Below, piece by piece: positions 21,223 to 31,106 of a stretch of DNA of 64,000 nt (the first letter of the stretch is position 1; each line of letters opens with the position of its first letter). Where the stretch lies: assembly GCA_965140585.1 (NCBI GenBank), contig OZ223269.1:1-64000 (forward strand). The letters are read 5' to 3'. This DNA is from Spirochaetia bacterium (GTDB lineage: Bacteria; Spirochaetota; Spirochaetia; UBA9216). The notes beneath the pieces are model-generated. The model saw only the letters and a list, made by a program, of their open reading frames with translations. It did not search any database and was not told the DNA's origin. The position numbers and the translations under genes are program-made.

Positions 21223-21929
21223 TCAAAAAGATAATTTTACTTCTTACCGTACTGGTTTTAATTTCAGGGGGAACCTTGTTTTCCCAGTCACTGAGGGATA
21301 ATCCCGACTATAACCGTTCAGTGGAGCTTAAAAAGCAGAGTGAAGCTGCCTTTGAGGAAGGTGATTACGATCTGGCCAGACAGCTTGCGGAAGAATCCCG
21401 TCATTACGCCGAATTAGCTGATGAATATGTACAGAAAAAGCTGCTTCAGTACAGGGCGAACAGCTATATTGTACTGACAAAAGATCGAATCCGCACTGCA
21501 ACACTATGGCAGGCTGAGAAAAACTTTCCTGATGAGTTTTCTGAAGGTAAAAAACTTTATAATACTGCCGTAGAGCAGTATAGAACCGAAGATTATGCTC
21601 AGAGTATTGAAAACTCAAAGCAGGCCCTGGAGGTCATGAAAGTCATCCATTATATCGGAAGCGGAGCAGCGCCGGAGGCTGAACCTGAAAAAACAGTATC
21701 AAAACCGCGATACTATACTGTAAGGCTACTTCCCGGAAATGCAGACTGCCTGTGGAATATAGCGGGCTACAGTTTTATATACGGAGATCCGACTCTATGG
21801 AGGCTTATCTACGAAAAGAATAAATCTTCAATGCCGGATCCCGACAATCCCGATCTGATACTTCCCGGAATGAAACTTGAAATACCCTCATTGTCAGGTG
21901 AATTACGAAGCGGCACCTGGAACGAATAG
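21219..21929 (+). CDS. Exported LysM peptidoglycan-binding protein
   Basis: Signal peptide; YTVR...DCLWNIAG...IYEKN...NPDLILPGMKLEIP. Confidence 0.88.
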   Translation: MIKKIILLLTVLVLISGGTLFSQSLRDNPDYNRSVELKKQSEAAFEEGDYDLARQLAEESRHYAELADEYVQKKLLQYRANSYIVLTKDRIRTATLWQAEKNFPDEFSEGKKLYNTAVEQYRTEDYAQSIENSKQALEVMKVIHYIGSGAAPEAEPEKTVSKPRYYTVRLLPGNADCLWNIAGYSFIYGDPTLWRLIYEKNKSSMPDPDNPDLILPGMKLEIPSLSGELRSGTWNE

Positions 21930-21964
21930 AATTTGTAATTTACTGATAATCGCAGGAAGGTATT

Positions 21965-22011
21965 AAAAAACTGCAGTGATTGTTCTGTTGGAATAATTCA
22001 CTGCAGTTTTT
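21965..22011. terminator. Bidirectional intrinsic terminator
   Basis: AAAAAACTGCAGTGA...TCACTGCAGTTTTTT between convergent genes. Confidence 0.75.
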
Positions 22012-22016
22012 TATTT

Positions 22017-22220
22017 CTAATAATGCGGCGGCCGCTGATCTGCACTGAAGTCTGAGTTGTCAGATTCTGCCAGATCATTTAATTTTTTCTGCAGCTCCAG
22101 ACAAAAGGCTCTGAGTTTCTGAATCTCTTTTTCCTGAGTAAGAACTGTTCTGTTCAATTCAACTATGCTGTCTTCTGCAAAAGCAAGTTTAGTTTCCAGT
22201 GAAATTATCCTATCTTCCAT
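22017..22220 (-). CDS. slyX: SlyX family protein
   Basis: RIISLETKLAFAE...C-terminal PPHY. Confidence 0.9.
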   Translation of the reverse strand: MEDRIISLETKLAFAEDSIVELNRTVLTQEKEIQKLRAFCLELQKKLNDLAESDNSDFSADQRPPHY

Positions 22221-22336
22221 ATTCTATGAATACACGAAATAACGTTTTTTGTATACAAGTCCAAATATACTCACGAACCATGTGAAAATAAAAAACTTGA
22301 ATAAGTTATGATGAGGTCTATACTCATAGAATATAT

Positions 22337-23608
22337 ATGAATGTTCTGCAGGTTATCAGTTTATTTACAGCTTTGTTCGCTCTGTTTCAGGGGATCTTTG
22401 TCCTTGTTCTTGATCGAAAAGTGAAAGAGCATGTGCTGTTTTTCTTTATTACTCTCTGTATTGCCGAGTGGTCTTTTTCGGCAGCTATGGGGCATGGGGC
22501 AGAAAACGTCGAGCAGGTTCGCTTCTGGATGCATGCAACCAGTCCCGGTTTCTGTTTTCTACATGTATTTACTCTGTGGTTTGTGATTGTCCTGACCGGG
22601 ATGGATTCGAAATATCTTAGGCTTAAAATAATACTGCTTTTTGTACCATCAATTTTCTTTACCTGGTATGGGTTTAATTTCCCGTTTGTTTTCAGGGATT
22701 TTTACAAAGAAGGAGCATTTTGGATAGGCACACCCACATTTGAATCCCCTGTATTTTTAATATTCATATTACAATATCTTAGTTACTATACCGCATCAGT
22801 GATTCTCCTGTTACGGTGGAGCAGAAGAAGCGGAAGCAACCGGATCCGACGGCAGGGCTCAATTATGGTAGTCCTTATAAGTGTAACAATACTGCTGTTT
22901 AATATAGAACCCTTTCTTTTCCCGCTTCTCACCGGATATAAAACCTCTGCCGGAAGTGTAAATGCCGGTATTGTATGGATTACCGGATTCTGGATTGCTA
23001 TACTCAGATTCAGACTGTTCACCTGGGAATCATTTCATCTAATTACTGATATCTTTAATTCTGTAGATCAGCTGCTTATCCTGCTTGATTCTAACTATAG
23101 AATACAAATGTTTAATGAGCATGCCGCAAGAGTTTTTAACAAAAGCTTTGCAGAGGTAAGAGGCTGTAATATTGGAATCATAATTCCTGATTGGAACCCG
23201 GTAAAGTGCGCCGCAGAACTTCAGAAGGCAGCTGTCTTTTTCAGTGCAGTCAGTTCGGATGATAAGAATATAAATATCAAGTTTAAAGTTAGGCCGATGT
23301 ATGATCAGTATAAGGATTACTATGGAATTCTTCTAAGCGGTATTGTCAGCAAGTCATTTGATGTTCTACAGGATAAATTTAATCTCACCCAAAGAGAATT
23401 AGCTATTGTTATTCATATAGCTAACGGATTAAATAACCTGGAAATCTCTGATAAAGATTCAATTTCAATCAGTACAGTGAAGTCACATCTGAATCATATA
23501 TATAATAAAACCGGAACATCAAGCCGAATTGAATTATTAAAACTGCTTTCTGATTATAATTCTCATGATGATCAGGTCAGTTCACTTTATTCAATGAAAA
23601 ATTCATAA
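22337..23608 (+). CDS. Membrane-bound 7TM-PAS-LuxR one-component regulator
   Basis: Seven TM segments, PAS-like MFNEHAARVF, LTQRELAIVIHIANG...STVKSHLNHIYNK. Confidence 0.85.
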   Translation: MNVLQVISLFTALFALFQGIFVLVLDRKVKEHVLFFFITLCIAEWSFSAAMGHGAENVEQVRFWMHATSPGFCFLHVFTLWFVIVLTGMDSKYLRLKIILLFVPSIFFTWYGFNFPFVFRDFYKEGAFWIGTPTFESPVFLIFILQYLSYYTASVILLLRWSRRSGSNRIRRQGSIMVVLISVTILLFNIEPFLFPLLTGYKTSAGSVNAGIVWITGFWIAILRFRLFTWESFHLITDIFNSVDQLLILLDSNYRIQMFNEHAARVFNKSFAEVRGCNIGIIIPDWNPVKCAAELQKAAVFFSAVSSDDKNINIKFKVRPMYDQYKDYYGILLSGIVSKSFDVLQDKFNLTQRELAIVIHIANGLNNLEISDKDSISISTVKSHLNHIYNKTGTSSRIELLKLLSDYNSHDDQVSSLYSMKNS

Positions 23609-23626
23609 ATCATACTAAAGTACGAT
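23609..23626 (+). promoter_or_regulatory. 18-bp imperfect palindrome, candidate LuxR-type operator
   Basis: ATCATACT-AA-AGTACGAT (one mismatch) between the regulator and the next gene. Confidence 0.55.
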
Positions 23627-23687
23627 GCAGAACTATTATCTCAGGCTGATAATTATCCTGAAAATTTATTAAATCAGGAGTAAAGCT

Positions 23688-24377
23688 ATGATGAGAAAAT
23701 CTGTTTATTTAATTCTTCCGATATTAATCCTTTTTTCCGCTTGTGACCCGGAAAGTCTTGAGACAGCTGGAGCTGATTATGCAATCGGAGATACTGGCCC
23801 CGGTGGAGGGATTGTTTTTTATGATGATGAAGAAGGTTTCGATTTTAATGCCGATGGAATTATTGGTGCTGATGAGAAAGGTTTGTTTAACGGTAAGGCA
23901 GAAATGAATGATAAAAGATATCTGGAATCTGCTGTAATCGGATGGAACGGAAGCTCAGAAGACAGCACTGCGATCTGGGGTGATTACGGGACTGATATAT
24001 CTGCAGTAGTAAATCTTGAAGTATACAGTGATGAAGTACTGAATGTTCTCTCCAGTATGACTGGATATGGATTATCAAATACATTGAATATAATCGACAA
24101 TATGGAATCAAAATCAATTTCGGGAACTGCTGCCCAGATTTGCGGTGCTTATAATGGTGGAGACTGTAATGACTGGTTTCTTCCTTCAGTCGGCGAAATG
24201 TACATTTTATATATACGACAGTATACAGCCGGCGGCGGCTTTTCTCAGAATGAATACTGGACATCATCAGAGCACAGTACAACTTTGGTCTGGTATGTTT
24301 TTATGAGGACCGGCACGATGAATACCAGCAAGAAAGGCGTATCGACCTACTATATAAGACCTGTGAGGGCATTTTAA
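23688..24377 (+). CDS. Lipoprotein with a DUF1566-like domain
   Basis: FSAC lipobox; IGDTGPGGGIVFY, DWFLPS..E, YWTSSE, IRPVRAF. Confidence 0.75.
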   Translation: MMRKSVYLILPILILFSACDPESLETAGADYAIGDTGPGGGIVFYDDEEGFDFNADGIIGADEKGLFNGKAEMNDKRYLESAVIGWNGSSEDSTAIWGDYGTDISAVVNLEVYSDEVLNVLSSMTGYGLSNTLNIIDNMESKSISGTAAQICGAYNGGDCNDWFLPSVGEMYILYIRQYTAGGGFSQNEYWTSSEHSTTLVWYVFMRTGTMNTSKKGVSTYYIRPVRAF

Positions 24378-24430
24378 AAATCCCCCTCTTGTATAGAGGG
24401 GGAGGGGAATCTATGATAGAAGTCTGATAA

Positions 24431-25051
24431 TCAGACTTCCATCGTAACTTCTGATTTATTTTTACTTTCTGTATATCCGACGTATGAGTCATCTACTATC
24501 AGAATAAATACAATAGCAATTACTGCGAGAATGGCCAGAACCAGATAGGCGTATGAATAACCGACTGTGTTTCCGAGCCCTCCTACTATACTTATACCAA
24601 GGGCTCCGATTATTGCAATAAGCGGTTTTAAAACCCTGTAAGCCATATTAAAATCGTATCTGCCCCAGATTGTGGTAGTGAGTGATACCAGGTAGTTGGC
24701 AGCGCCGCCCAGCATTACTCCCAGGAAAGGCTGTGCAGCAAACATAAGAGCTTTTGCCGCCCCTGCATTTCCGCCTACCTTGAGGTAGCCGCCTACAAGG
24801 TTTAAAATTAATGAGAACAGCCCGAGTATAAGTGTTATAAGGACAGCTCTTTTGGGGCCAACCGTTGAGAAAAGATAAAGCGGGGCAGGGTTATTCATTC
24901 CGAATTTCTGCGCGAATATCTCAATAGTAACGTTCAGTGAGTCATAAATAATTGAGCTCATCAAAAGAATGCTGAAAAATGCAAGAACCAGAATCCCCCA
25001 GCCCTTCCGTCCGAAATTGCTTTTTGTCAGTGATAAATCTTTCGTCGACAT
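24431..25051 (-). pseudogene. MFS transporter with a large in-frame internal deletion
   Basis: Only 206 aa and ~5 TM; N-terminal MFS start (NFGRKGW...DSLNV) is joined directly to a GPKRA loop and the C-terminal helices. Confidence 0.6.
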
Positions 25052-25098
25052 CCTATCCTTCTCCTGTTTTGCCTTTTTTTAAGATAAATCAAACTCTC

Positions 25099-26025
25099 TT
25101 AAAGAATTTTTCTTGGATTGTAATTTTCGTAGCGCGGCATTTTTGATTTTGCTTCGCCGATATTTTCAAAAAAAGTTTTCTGAACCAGGCCTATCTCAGC
25201 ACCGTGATTCTCCCTGCCCTCTGTGAACAGTCTGCAGTGTTCAAGTCCGTTATCTGCGATCACAAAGTTTATCTCTCCGGTAGAATCAGCCGTCAGATCC
25301 CCTCCGGCACCGCACATTGCACATTCGTACTTGAACTTTAGGCCGTTCCAGTGAGGTTTTCCCTTCATTATCAGGTTGTGATGGCATACAGGGCAGAAGC
25401 CTTCTTCTTCACCAAGATATTCAACCTTGTCATATTTGATGCTACAGGCGCCGGCAACATTTTCTCCCAGCTTTTTAGCCTTTGCTATAAATTCGTCCTT
25501 GAGCACTACATGTCCCGGTCTTGCAACACCGGTAGCCATCATCATATCTACGACTTTTATTGACTGCATGAACATTGAAACGTTCAGTGAAGCAAGTGTC
25601 ATTGTCATCCAGTTCTGTGTTGAGCCGCCGCAGGTGATAAGTCCGGCCACCCTGTCCGGAGCCTTTTCAACAAGACCGGCCTGTTTCTGCAGAGCCCATT
25701 CATACGGAAGCCATCTGTCTGTGAAGATACGCCAGATGCCCTGCGGCTGCATGCAGAATGAGGGAACAGATATGATCAGACCGTCAGCAGCGGCAAGCTC
25801 TGCCATGATTTTTTCCATATCATCCTTGCCTTTGTGGGGGCTTTCATGCTTCATTGCTACGCGCATGGTACAGACTTCGCACCCTGTGCAGGGAATAATC
25901 TTTGCATCGTGCAGATTGAACCATGATGTCTCTGCTCCCTGTGCTTCTGCGGCAAGCAGGGCATCTTTCATAAGTATTTCAGAATTGCCGTTTTTACGTC
26001 CAGCAGCGATTCCAAGTATTTTCAT
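25099..26025 (-). CDS. Flavodoxin-family / iron-sulfur flavoprotein with a C-terminal Cys4 domain
   Basis: GRKNGNSE, CTGCEVC, KDDM, ADGLIISVP; CPVCH...CAMCG. Confidence 0.85.
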   Translation of the reverse strand: MKILGIAAGRKNGNSEILMKDALLAAEAQGAETSWFNLHDAKIIPCTGCEVCTMRVAMKHESPHKGKDDMEKIMAELAAADGLIISVPSFCMQPQGIWRIFTDRWLPYEWALQKQAGLVEKAPDRVAGLITCGGSTQNWMTMTLASLNVSMFMQSIKVVDMMMATGVARPGHVVLKDEFIAKAKKLGENVAGACSIKYDKVEYLGEEEGFCPVCHHNLIMKGKPHWNGLKFKYECAMCGAGGDLTADSTGEINFVIADNGLEHCRLFTEGRENHGAEIGLVQKTFFENIGEAKSKMPRYENYNPRKIL

Positions 26026-26203
26026 GGAATAGTCCTTCCTTTATCAATAATTTATTATTCTTTTAAAGTTTAATTCAGGGTAACATCATAAATTAAATCT
26101 GAAAAATATAAGTTTCCGTCATTTATATATCCAAAATGGAATAAATATGAATAGTTTATAACTTGAGAGTTATGGATAAGCGTGATAATATGACATCTAG
26201 AAC

Positions 26204-27088
26204 ATGACACTAACCAAAATTAAGTATTTTATGGAAGTTGCCAGTACTCTGAATTTTACTCAGGCAGCTGAAAAACTGTTTATTGCTCAGCCCAATCTAA
26301 GCAAACACATTGCACAGATGGAAGAAGAGATCGGTGTTCAGCTTTTTGTAAGAACAAAGCGAAGTGTGAATCTAACAGAAGCCGGAAAAATGTTATTCGA
26401 TGAGCTTGACGGAGTCCCACAGCAGATTGAGAATGCCTTCGAGCAGGCTAGAGCTCTTGGCCGCGGAGAAAACGGCAGGATAGCTATCGGGATACTTGAG
26501 GGGCAGGAACTTACAGCAGCGCTTCTTAAGAAACTTGAAGATTTTGAAATACAGTATCCCCATATTGAAATTATTCTTGAACGTGCAGGATTCAGCAGAC
26601 TTCGGGCTGGTCTTGCAACGGGATGCTATGATGCAATAATAACCATGTGTTTTGATATAACCAGCACCCAGGAATTTAATTATAATATTCTTCTGAGCCG
26701 GGGCGGCGGAGTTATAGCAATAAACCATAAAAATCCAATGTCTGAAAAAAATAACCTGTCCTTGTCAGATTTGAAAGATGAAAACTTTGTTGTCATATCA
26801 CCGGAAGAATCTCCTCAGGGCTACAGCCGTTTTATAAGTGAGTGCAGCCGATCCGGATTCACTCCCAAAATTACCAGAAAACTTAACTCTCTTGAAAGTT
26901 TGATGCTTTGTGTCGAAGCCGGGCTGGGAATAACCCTGCTTGATCACAACACAAGGCTTGAGAAAAACAGTGAAGTATGCACCTTCGGAATTCCGGATTC
27001 CCCTCCTGCGTATCTGGGAATTGTCTGGAGAGGTAATGATTCACGACCTGTTCTCAAAAATCTTATCAAAACTATGAATCTGCAATAA
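26204..27088 (+). CDS. LysR-family transcriptional regulator (divergent from the flavoprotein)
   Basis: LNFTQAAEKLFIAQPNLSKHIAQMEEEIGVQLFVR. Confidence 0.95.
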   Translation: MTLTKIKYFMEVASTLNFTQAAEKLFIAQPNLSKHIAQMEEEIGVQLFVRTKRSVNLTEAGKMLFDELDGVPQQIENAFEQARALGRGENGRIAIGILEGQELTAALLKKLEDFEIQYPHIEIILERAGFSRLRAGLATGCYDAIITMCFDITSTQEFNYNILLSRGGGVIAINHKNPMSEKNNLSLSDLKDENFVVISPEESPQGYSRFISECSRSGFTPKITRKLNSLESLMLCVEAGLGITLLDHNTRLEKNSEVCTFGIPDSPPAYLGIVWRGNDSRPVLKNLIKTMNLQ

Positions 27089-27139
27089 GTTTGTATATAG
27101 TTTAAATATACAGCATGAGCTGTGAATCGGAGGAAAACT

Positions 27140-27766
27140 ATGTATAATACCAGAGTCGGTATCTTCATGACAATAGCCGTCGTACTGATGCTTAATTCCT
27201 GTCTGGGTGCAAAAATTCATACCAGCTTCAATCGTGACGGAAGCGGATCGATTCTAATGGAGTTCAAAATTTCACAGATTTTTTATCAGATGGGAGCCGC
27301 AGAAGGGGGGAAAGGTGATTCCATTCCCTTAAGTGCAGATCAGCTGCGGGAAGATCTGGGGGATCAGCCTGGTGTCTCTGTCAGGGAAGTGAGTGAGGAG
27401 GTTGGAGAAGAGTTTAATCTTATAAGAGCTGTTCTTGATTTTGAAAACTTTGTCGCGCTTGAAAAAACTGATGTGATGGGAGACGCTGTTCTAAGCCATG
27501 AAGGCAAAAGATGGATATTCAGGCAGAAGATAGCTGATGAATCGGAACCCTCGGATGAAGAAGTCAGCGAGGAAGAACTGGCACAGATGAAGCCTTTCTT
27601 TGAAGGATACGAAATTAGTTTTATTGTAACTGCACCGAAAAAAGTTATTTCTTACAATATGGGAGAACTGTCCTCCGACGGCAGGACAGTTACCTATTCA
27701 GTTCCGACGCTCGAGATGAATATGCTTGGAAATACGGAAGATCTGGTTATGGAAGTTATATGGTAA
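27140..27766 (+). CDS. Hypothetical lipoprotein (LppM/DUF3153-like)
   Basis: GGAGG RBS, LNSC lipobox, FNRDGSG, DGRTVTY. Confidence 0.65.
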   Translation: MYNTRVGIFMTIAVVLMLNSCLGAKIHTSFNRDGSGSILMEFKISQIFYQMGAAEGGKGDSIPLSADQLREDLGDQPGVSVREVSEEVGEEFNLIRAVLDFENFVALEKTDVMGDAVLSHEGKRWIFRQKIADESEPSDEEVSEEELAQMKPFFEGYEISFIVTAPKKVISYNMGELSSDGRTVTYSVPTLEMNMLGNTEDLVMEVIW

Positions 27767-27805
27767 AAAAGGCCGTTATCCGGTTTTCCGGCATAACGGC
27801 TTTTT
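27766..27805. terminator. Bidirectional terminator
   Basis: AAAAAGGCCGTTAT...ATAACGGCTTTTT. Confidence 0.75.
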
Positions 27806-27811
27806 CTATAT

Positions 27812-28516
27812 TTAATCGCGGTGTCTTGCTTCTCTTATATCCTTCTGCAGAAGTTCCAGAGTTTCATCCATTGATTCGTACATAAGCCGTTCAAATCCTT
27901 CTGCAAGCTCAGCTTCATCAAGTTTATCAAGGACCGCAATGGTCATAACATCTCCTACCACTGCATCAAGTCCGAAGAAGCCAGGTGTAACATCCTTTGA
28001 TGTATTGACATGCCTCTGCCAGATGATTTCACGATTCATCTTATGGTACAGACGCACTTCCATGTCTATGACCATTTCTATATGCGCCCCGGATGAATAT
28101 GATTCTATGCCGTAATGGTCGATATCCACCTCAAGTACTACATCTGAATCCTTGACCTTATCAACTCTTACTGCATCAAGAGTCTGAACTGTACGTGCAA
28201 GCACGAGTTCTCCAACCATTTCGGGAAGGTACATGCCCTTAAGAGCCGACTCAAGTTTCTGCTGAGTTCTCTTTTCCTGGTCAGCTTTAATGAGGTTTGC
28301 ACCAATCTGTATAGCCGCACCGAGCACTGAATCATCAGTATCGTAGTAGCTGGAGCTGATATCAACCTCTGGTCTGCTTGGGGCCATAAGGTCCAGGGCA
28401 ATCGGTGTCCCGGTAAGATCGTAGTCGGCCAGGTTATTTATTGTTGAACAGGCACTGAAAGTTACAGTCAAACCTGCAAGTAACAGAAGTACTGATGTTT
28501 TTAATTTATATTTCAT
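27812..28516 (-). CDS. Hypothetical lipoprotein
   Basis: FSAC lipobox; GGAG RBS. Confidence 0.75.
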   Translation of the reverse strand: MKYKLKTSVLLLLAGLTVTFSACSTINNLADYDLTGTPIALDLMAPSRPEVDISSSYYDTDDSVLGAAIQIGANLIKADQEKRTQQKLESALKGMYLPEMVGELVLARTVQTLDAVRVDKVKDSDVVLEVDIDHYGIESYSSGAHIEMVIDMEVRLYHKMNREIIWQRHVNTSKDVTPGFFGLDAVVGDVMTIAVLDKLDEAELAEGFERLMYESMDETLELLQKDIREARHRD

Positions 28517-28592
28517 GTTGTCTCCTTGGAATACATATAACCATGCTATAGATATAACACATCATCCGTTAAAATCTGTCACTTAAAACATC

Positions 28593-29834
28593 TCAGTCCG
28601 GAACATATCGAATATTATCGATGTAACAGTCTTCAGGAGTCCAGCTGGATGAGTAATATCTCCATTTCAGTGTATGTACACCGGCTGTAAGTGCAGTATT
28701 CAGTGCAGTCCAGCTGCTGTAGGATGTTGATGTATAAATCTCCAGATTATCGTCAATGTAGAGGTATAATCTGCCACTGGTTCCGTTTTTCAGAGTATCA
28801 AAATAAATTGTTCCGGCAGCAGAGAAGTCGGCCAGTAATTCAAACCAGCTCTCATCAGAATAACTGCTTAATTCTCCAAATTCAACAGCGGAGGTTCCGT
28901 CACTGTATTCAGTGTTCTGTATAAACGGAAGTTCATCACCGCCTATCTCCCATTGATTATCCGATGAAAGCACTGTTCCCGAATTTTCAAAACTGTCATC
29001 GTTGAAAATCTCAACCGGATCAAATCTTATACAGTCCAGGTATGCATTACCTGCCTCAGCATTCCAGCTTTGCTCATAATTCCAATAAAAATAATAATCA
29101 TCCGGTTCAATATAGACCATGTACCGGGTCCATTCCGTGATTTCCTCATTAACAGTAATGCTGTCCGTGTAATTTCCCGGATAGAAATAAAGACTGGAAT
29201 CGTCTCCGATATTTTTATAATAGAAAGAAAAGAAACCGTATTCATCAGTAGTAAAATCAAGCGACAGCTTGTTATCAACAGAATCACCAGTCTCATCCTC
29301 ATTAAACTGAACAGAGTGAAAACCGTCATATGCTGTAGAATCAGTGATAAACGGGAGGGTATCTCCGGACAAAGACCATTCATGCTGTGTTGAAAATCCG
29401 TCTTGCTCAAAATCTTCAAAATGTTCGAAAGTGTTTTCATCAAGGTAGGCAAAGGCATAACTAAACCAGCTAGTTACTGTTTCGTCTACCATTGTCATTC
29501 TGATGCGCCAGTAGTACCTGCCGTAGTCCGGAAGATCACTGCTTAGAGTATAGCTGTCTGCTGTGCTTTTGCTTATATCAGCAAGCAGGGAAGTGCTGAA
29601 GGACTCTGAAGCTGAAAGCTGAAAATCATACGAAATAATATTATCAGATACAGGCCATTGAATTTCAGGTCTGGCGCTGTAGGTGTATTTATTTATACCG
29701 GGTGATACAATATCGGTTGCAAGATCATATTTTTCTACATAAAATCCCTGTTCATCCAGAATGCCTAAAACGTCGCATGCGCCCAGGCATGTAATTACAG
29801 CAATTATTAATAAACTTTTTTTTCTTTTATTCAT
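28593..29834 (-). CDS. Acidic lipoprotein with an Fn3-like region and two repeated beta-sandwich domains
   Basis: LGAC lipobox; YYWRIR; two repeats each starting (E/D)xFE...W...GD.LPFI...YxDG..xVxF. Confidence 0.7.
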   Translation of the reverse strand: MNKRKKSLLIIAVITCLGACDVLGILDEQGFYVEKYDLATDIVSPGINKYTYSARPEIQWPVSDNIISYDFQLSASESFSTSLLADISKSTADSYTLSSDLPDYGRYYWRIRMTMVDETVTSWFSYAFAYLDENTFEHFEDFEQDGFSTQHEWSLSGDTLPFITDSTAYDGFHSVQFNEDETGDSVDNKLSLDFTTDEYGFFSFYYKNIGDDSSLYFYPGNYTDSITVNEEITEWTRYMVYIEPDDYYFYWNYEQSWNAEAGNAYLDCIRFDPVEIFNDDSFENSGTVLSSDNQWEIGGDELPFIQNTEYSDGTSAVEFGELSSYSDESWFELLADFSAAGTIYFDTLKNGTSGRLYLYIDDNLEIYTSTSYSSWTALNTALTAGVHTLKWRYYSSSWTPEDCYIDNIRYVPD

Positions 29835-29850
29835 CAGGTTCTCCAGCTTC

Positions 29851-31017
29851 CTAATATTTCAGGAGTGTGTAGCCGCTGACAACTCCGCCGGTAACTGCAA
29901 CAATCAGCCCGGAGAAAGTTGTTCCAAGCGTTGTGTATTTTAAAATCTTGTAGGTATCATAGTCAGGTGAGACACTCGACAGGAAACTGTTATTTGTTGC
30001 AAGCAGCCCTGCTGCCGCAAGAGCCGAGCCGATTCCCCCTATAATGATTCCGTCTTTGATGCCTTTTTTTCTTGCATATTCGGGATTCTTGACATACTCA
30101 AGCACCGATTCAGATGTGGTACTTCCTTCGCCCAATATGCTTAAAACAATCGGAAGAAATTCTTCATGAAATATAGATACCTGATTCTTACCCGGTTGAA
30201 TAGATAGAATACCATTACTGACCAAGGCGGTGACTTCAATGTCATTGAGAAAAACCCTGCTTTCGGGTTTTAACCCCGATAGTTTCAGTTTAGGGGTGCT
30301 TGGGACCATCTCCACCTGAATCTCACAGTCTTTATCTGCTATTATAACTGAAAATTCAGCCCTCTCATAATCTGGATTATATATTTCTCCAAGCCACTTC
30401 CCGCTGCTCAGAGTAATCTCATCAGATTCGGTAAAACTGTATTTTTCCATCGCTGATGTATTAAACAGGGTGATAGTTGTATTTTCCGGCAGAGAAGGTG
30501 TCAGCTGCAGTTTATGCGCTCTCTTTAAACTGAATGTCAGGTAGGCTGTTTCAAGTTCAGGTATTATAACATCGAAGGTTCGGGAAAGATAATCCTTTCC
30601 GCTTGCAGTAATTTCATGCGGACCTGAATCAAGTTTAATAAGCCAGGATTCTGTATCGGAAACCGGTTCTCCGTCGATAAATAAATCAGGATTTTCAGGA
30701 GATGAAATTGAAAGATATCCATAATAATTTTCAGGAGAAGGGGAATAAACCGTAGTTTCTGTAATAGCAGAATTGTATTTCAGTTTAATTTCACAAAATC
30801 TGTTATCACCGTGAATCTGCAGCATCCGGGCTCCGGCTGAAAGATCAGAGATGAAAAGCGGAGTTTTACCGGCAGTTTTTCCGTCTATGTAAACAGTCCC
30901 CGGCCAGCCCGGGTTAATGAATAGAAAGGCTCCTGTTTCCAGAAAAGCTGAATCTTGAGCTGATGAGCAGATCAATGCAGAAAAAAACAAAAGAATGGTA
31001 AAAAATTTTTTTTTCAT
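29851..31017 (-). CDS. PEGA-domain protein with C-terminal membrane helices
   Basis: Signal peptide; VYIDGKTAGKTP, LFIDGEPV, GPHEI. Confidence 0.75.
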   Translation of the reverse strand: MKKKFFTILLFFSALICSSAQDSAFLETGAFLFINPGWPGTVYIDGKTAGKTPLFISDLSAGARMLQIHGDNRFCEIKLKYNSAITETTVYSPSPENYYGYLSISSPENPDLFIDGEPVSDTESWLIKLDSGPHEITASGKDYLSRTFDVIIPELETAYLTFSLKRAHKLQLTPSLPENTTITLFNTSAMEKYSFTESDEITLSSGKWLGEIYNPDYERAEFSVIIADKDCEIQVEMVPSTPKLKLSGLKPESRVFLNDIEVTALVSNGILSIQPGKNQVSIFHEEFLPIVLSILGEGSTTSESVLEYVKNPEYARKKGIKDGIIIGGIGSALAAAGLLATNNSFLSSVSPDYDTYKILKYTTLGTTFSGLIVAVTGGVVSGYTLLKY

Positions 31018-31106
31018 ATGGATCCTGTTATTCTTTAAATAGTTAATTACATGATATATTTTTAACATAATAGTATAACAAGTTCAATTAAAATAAGGTT
31101 GAGTAT

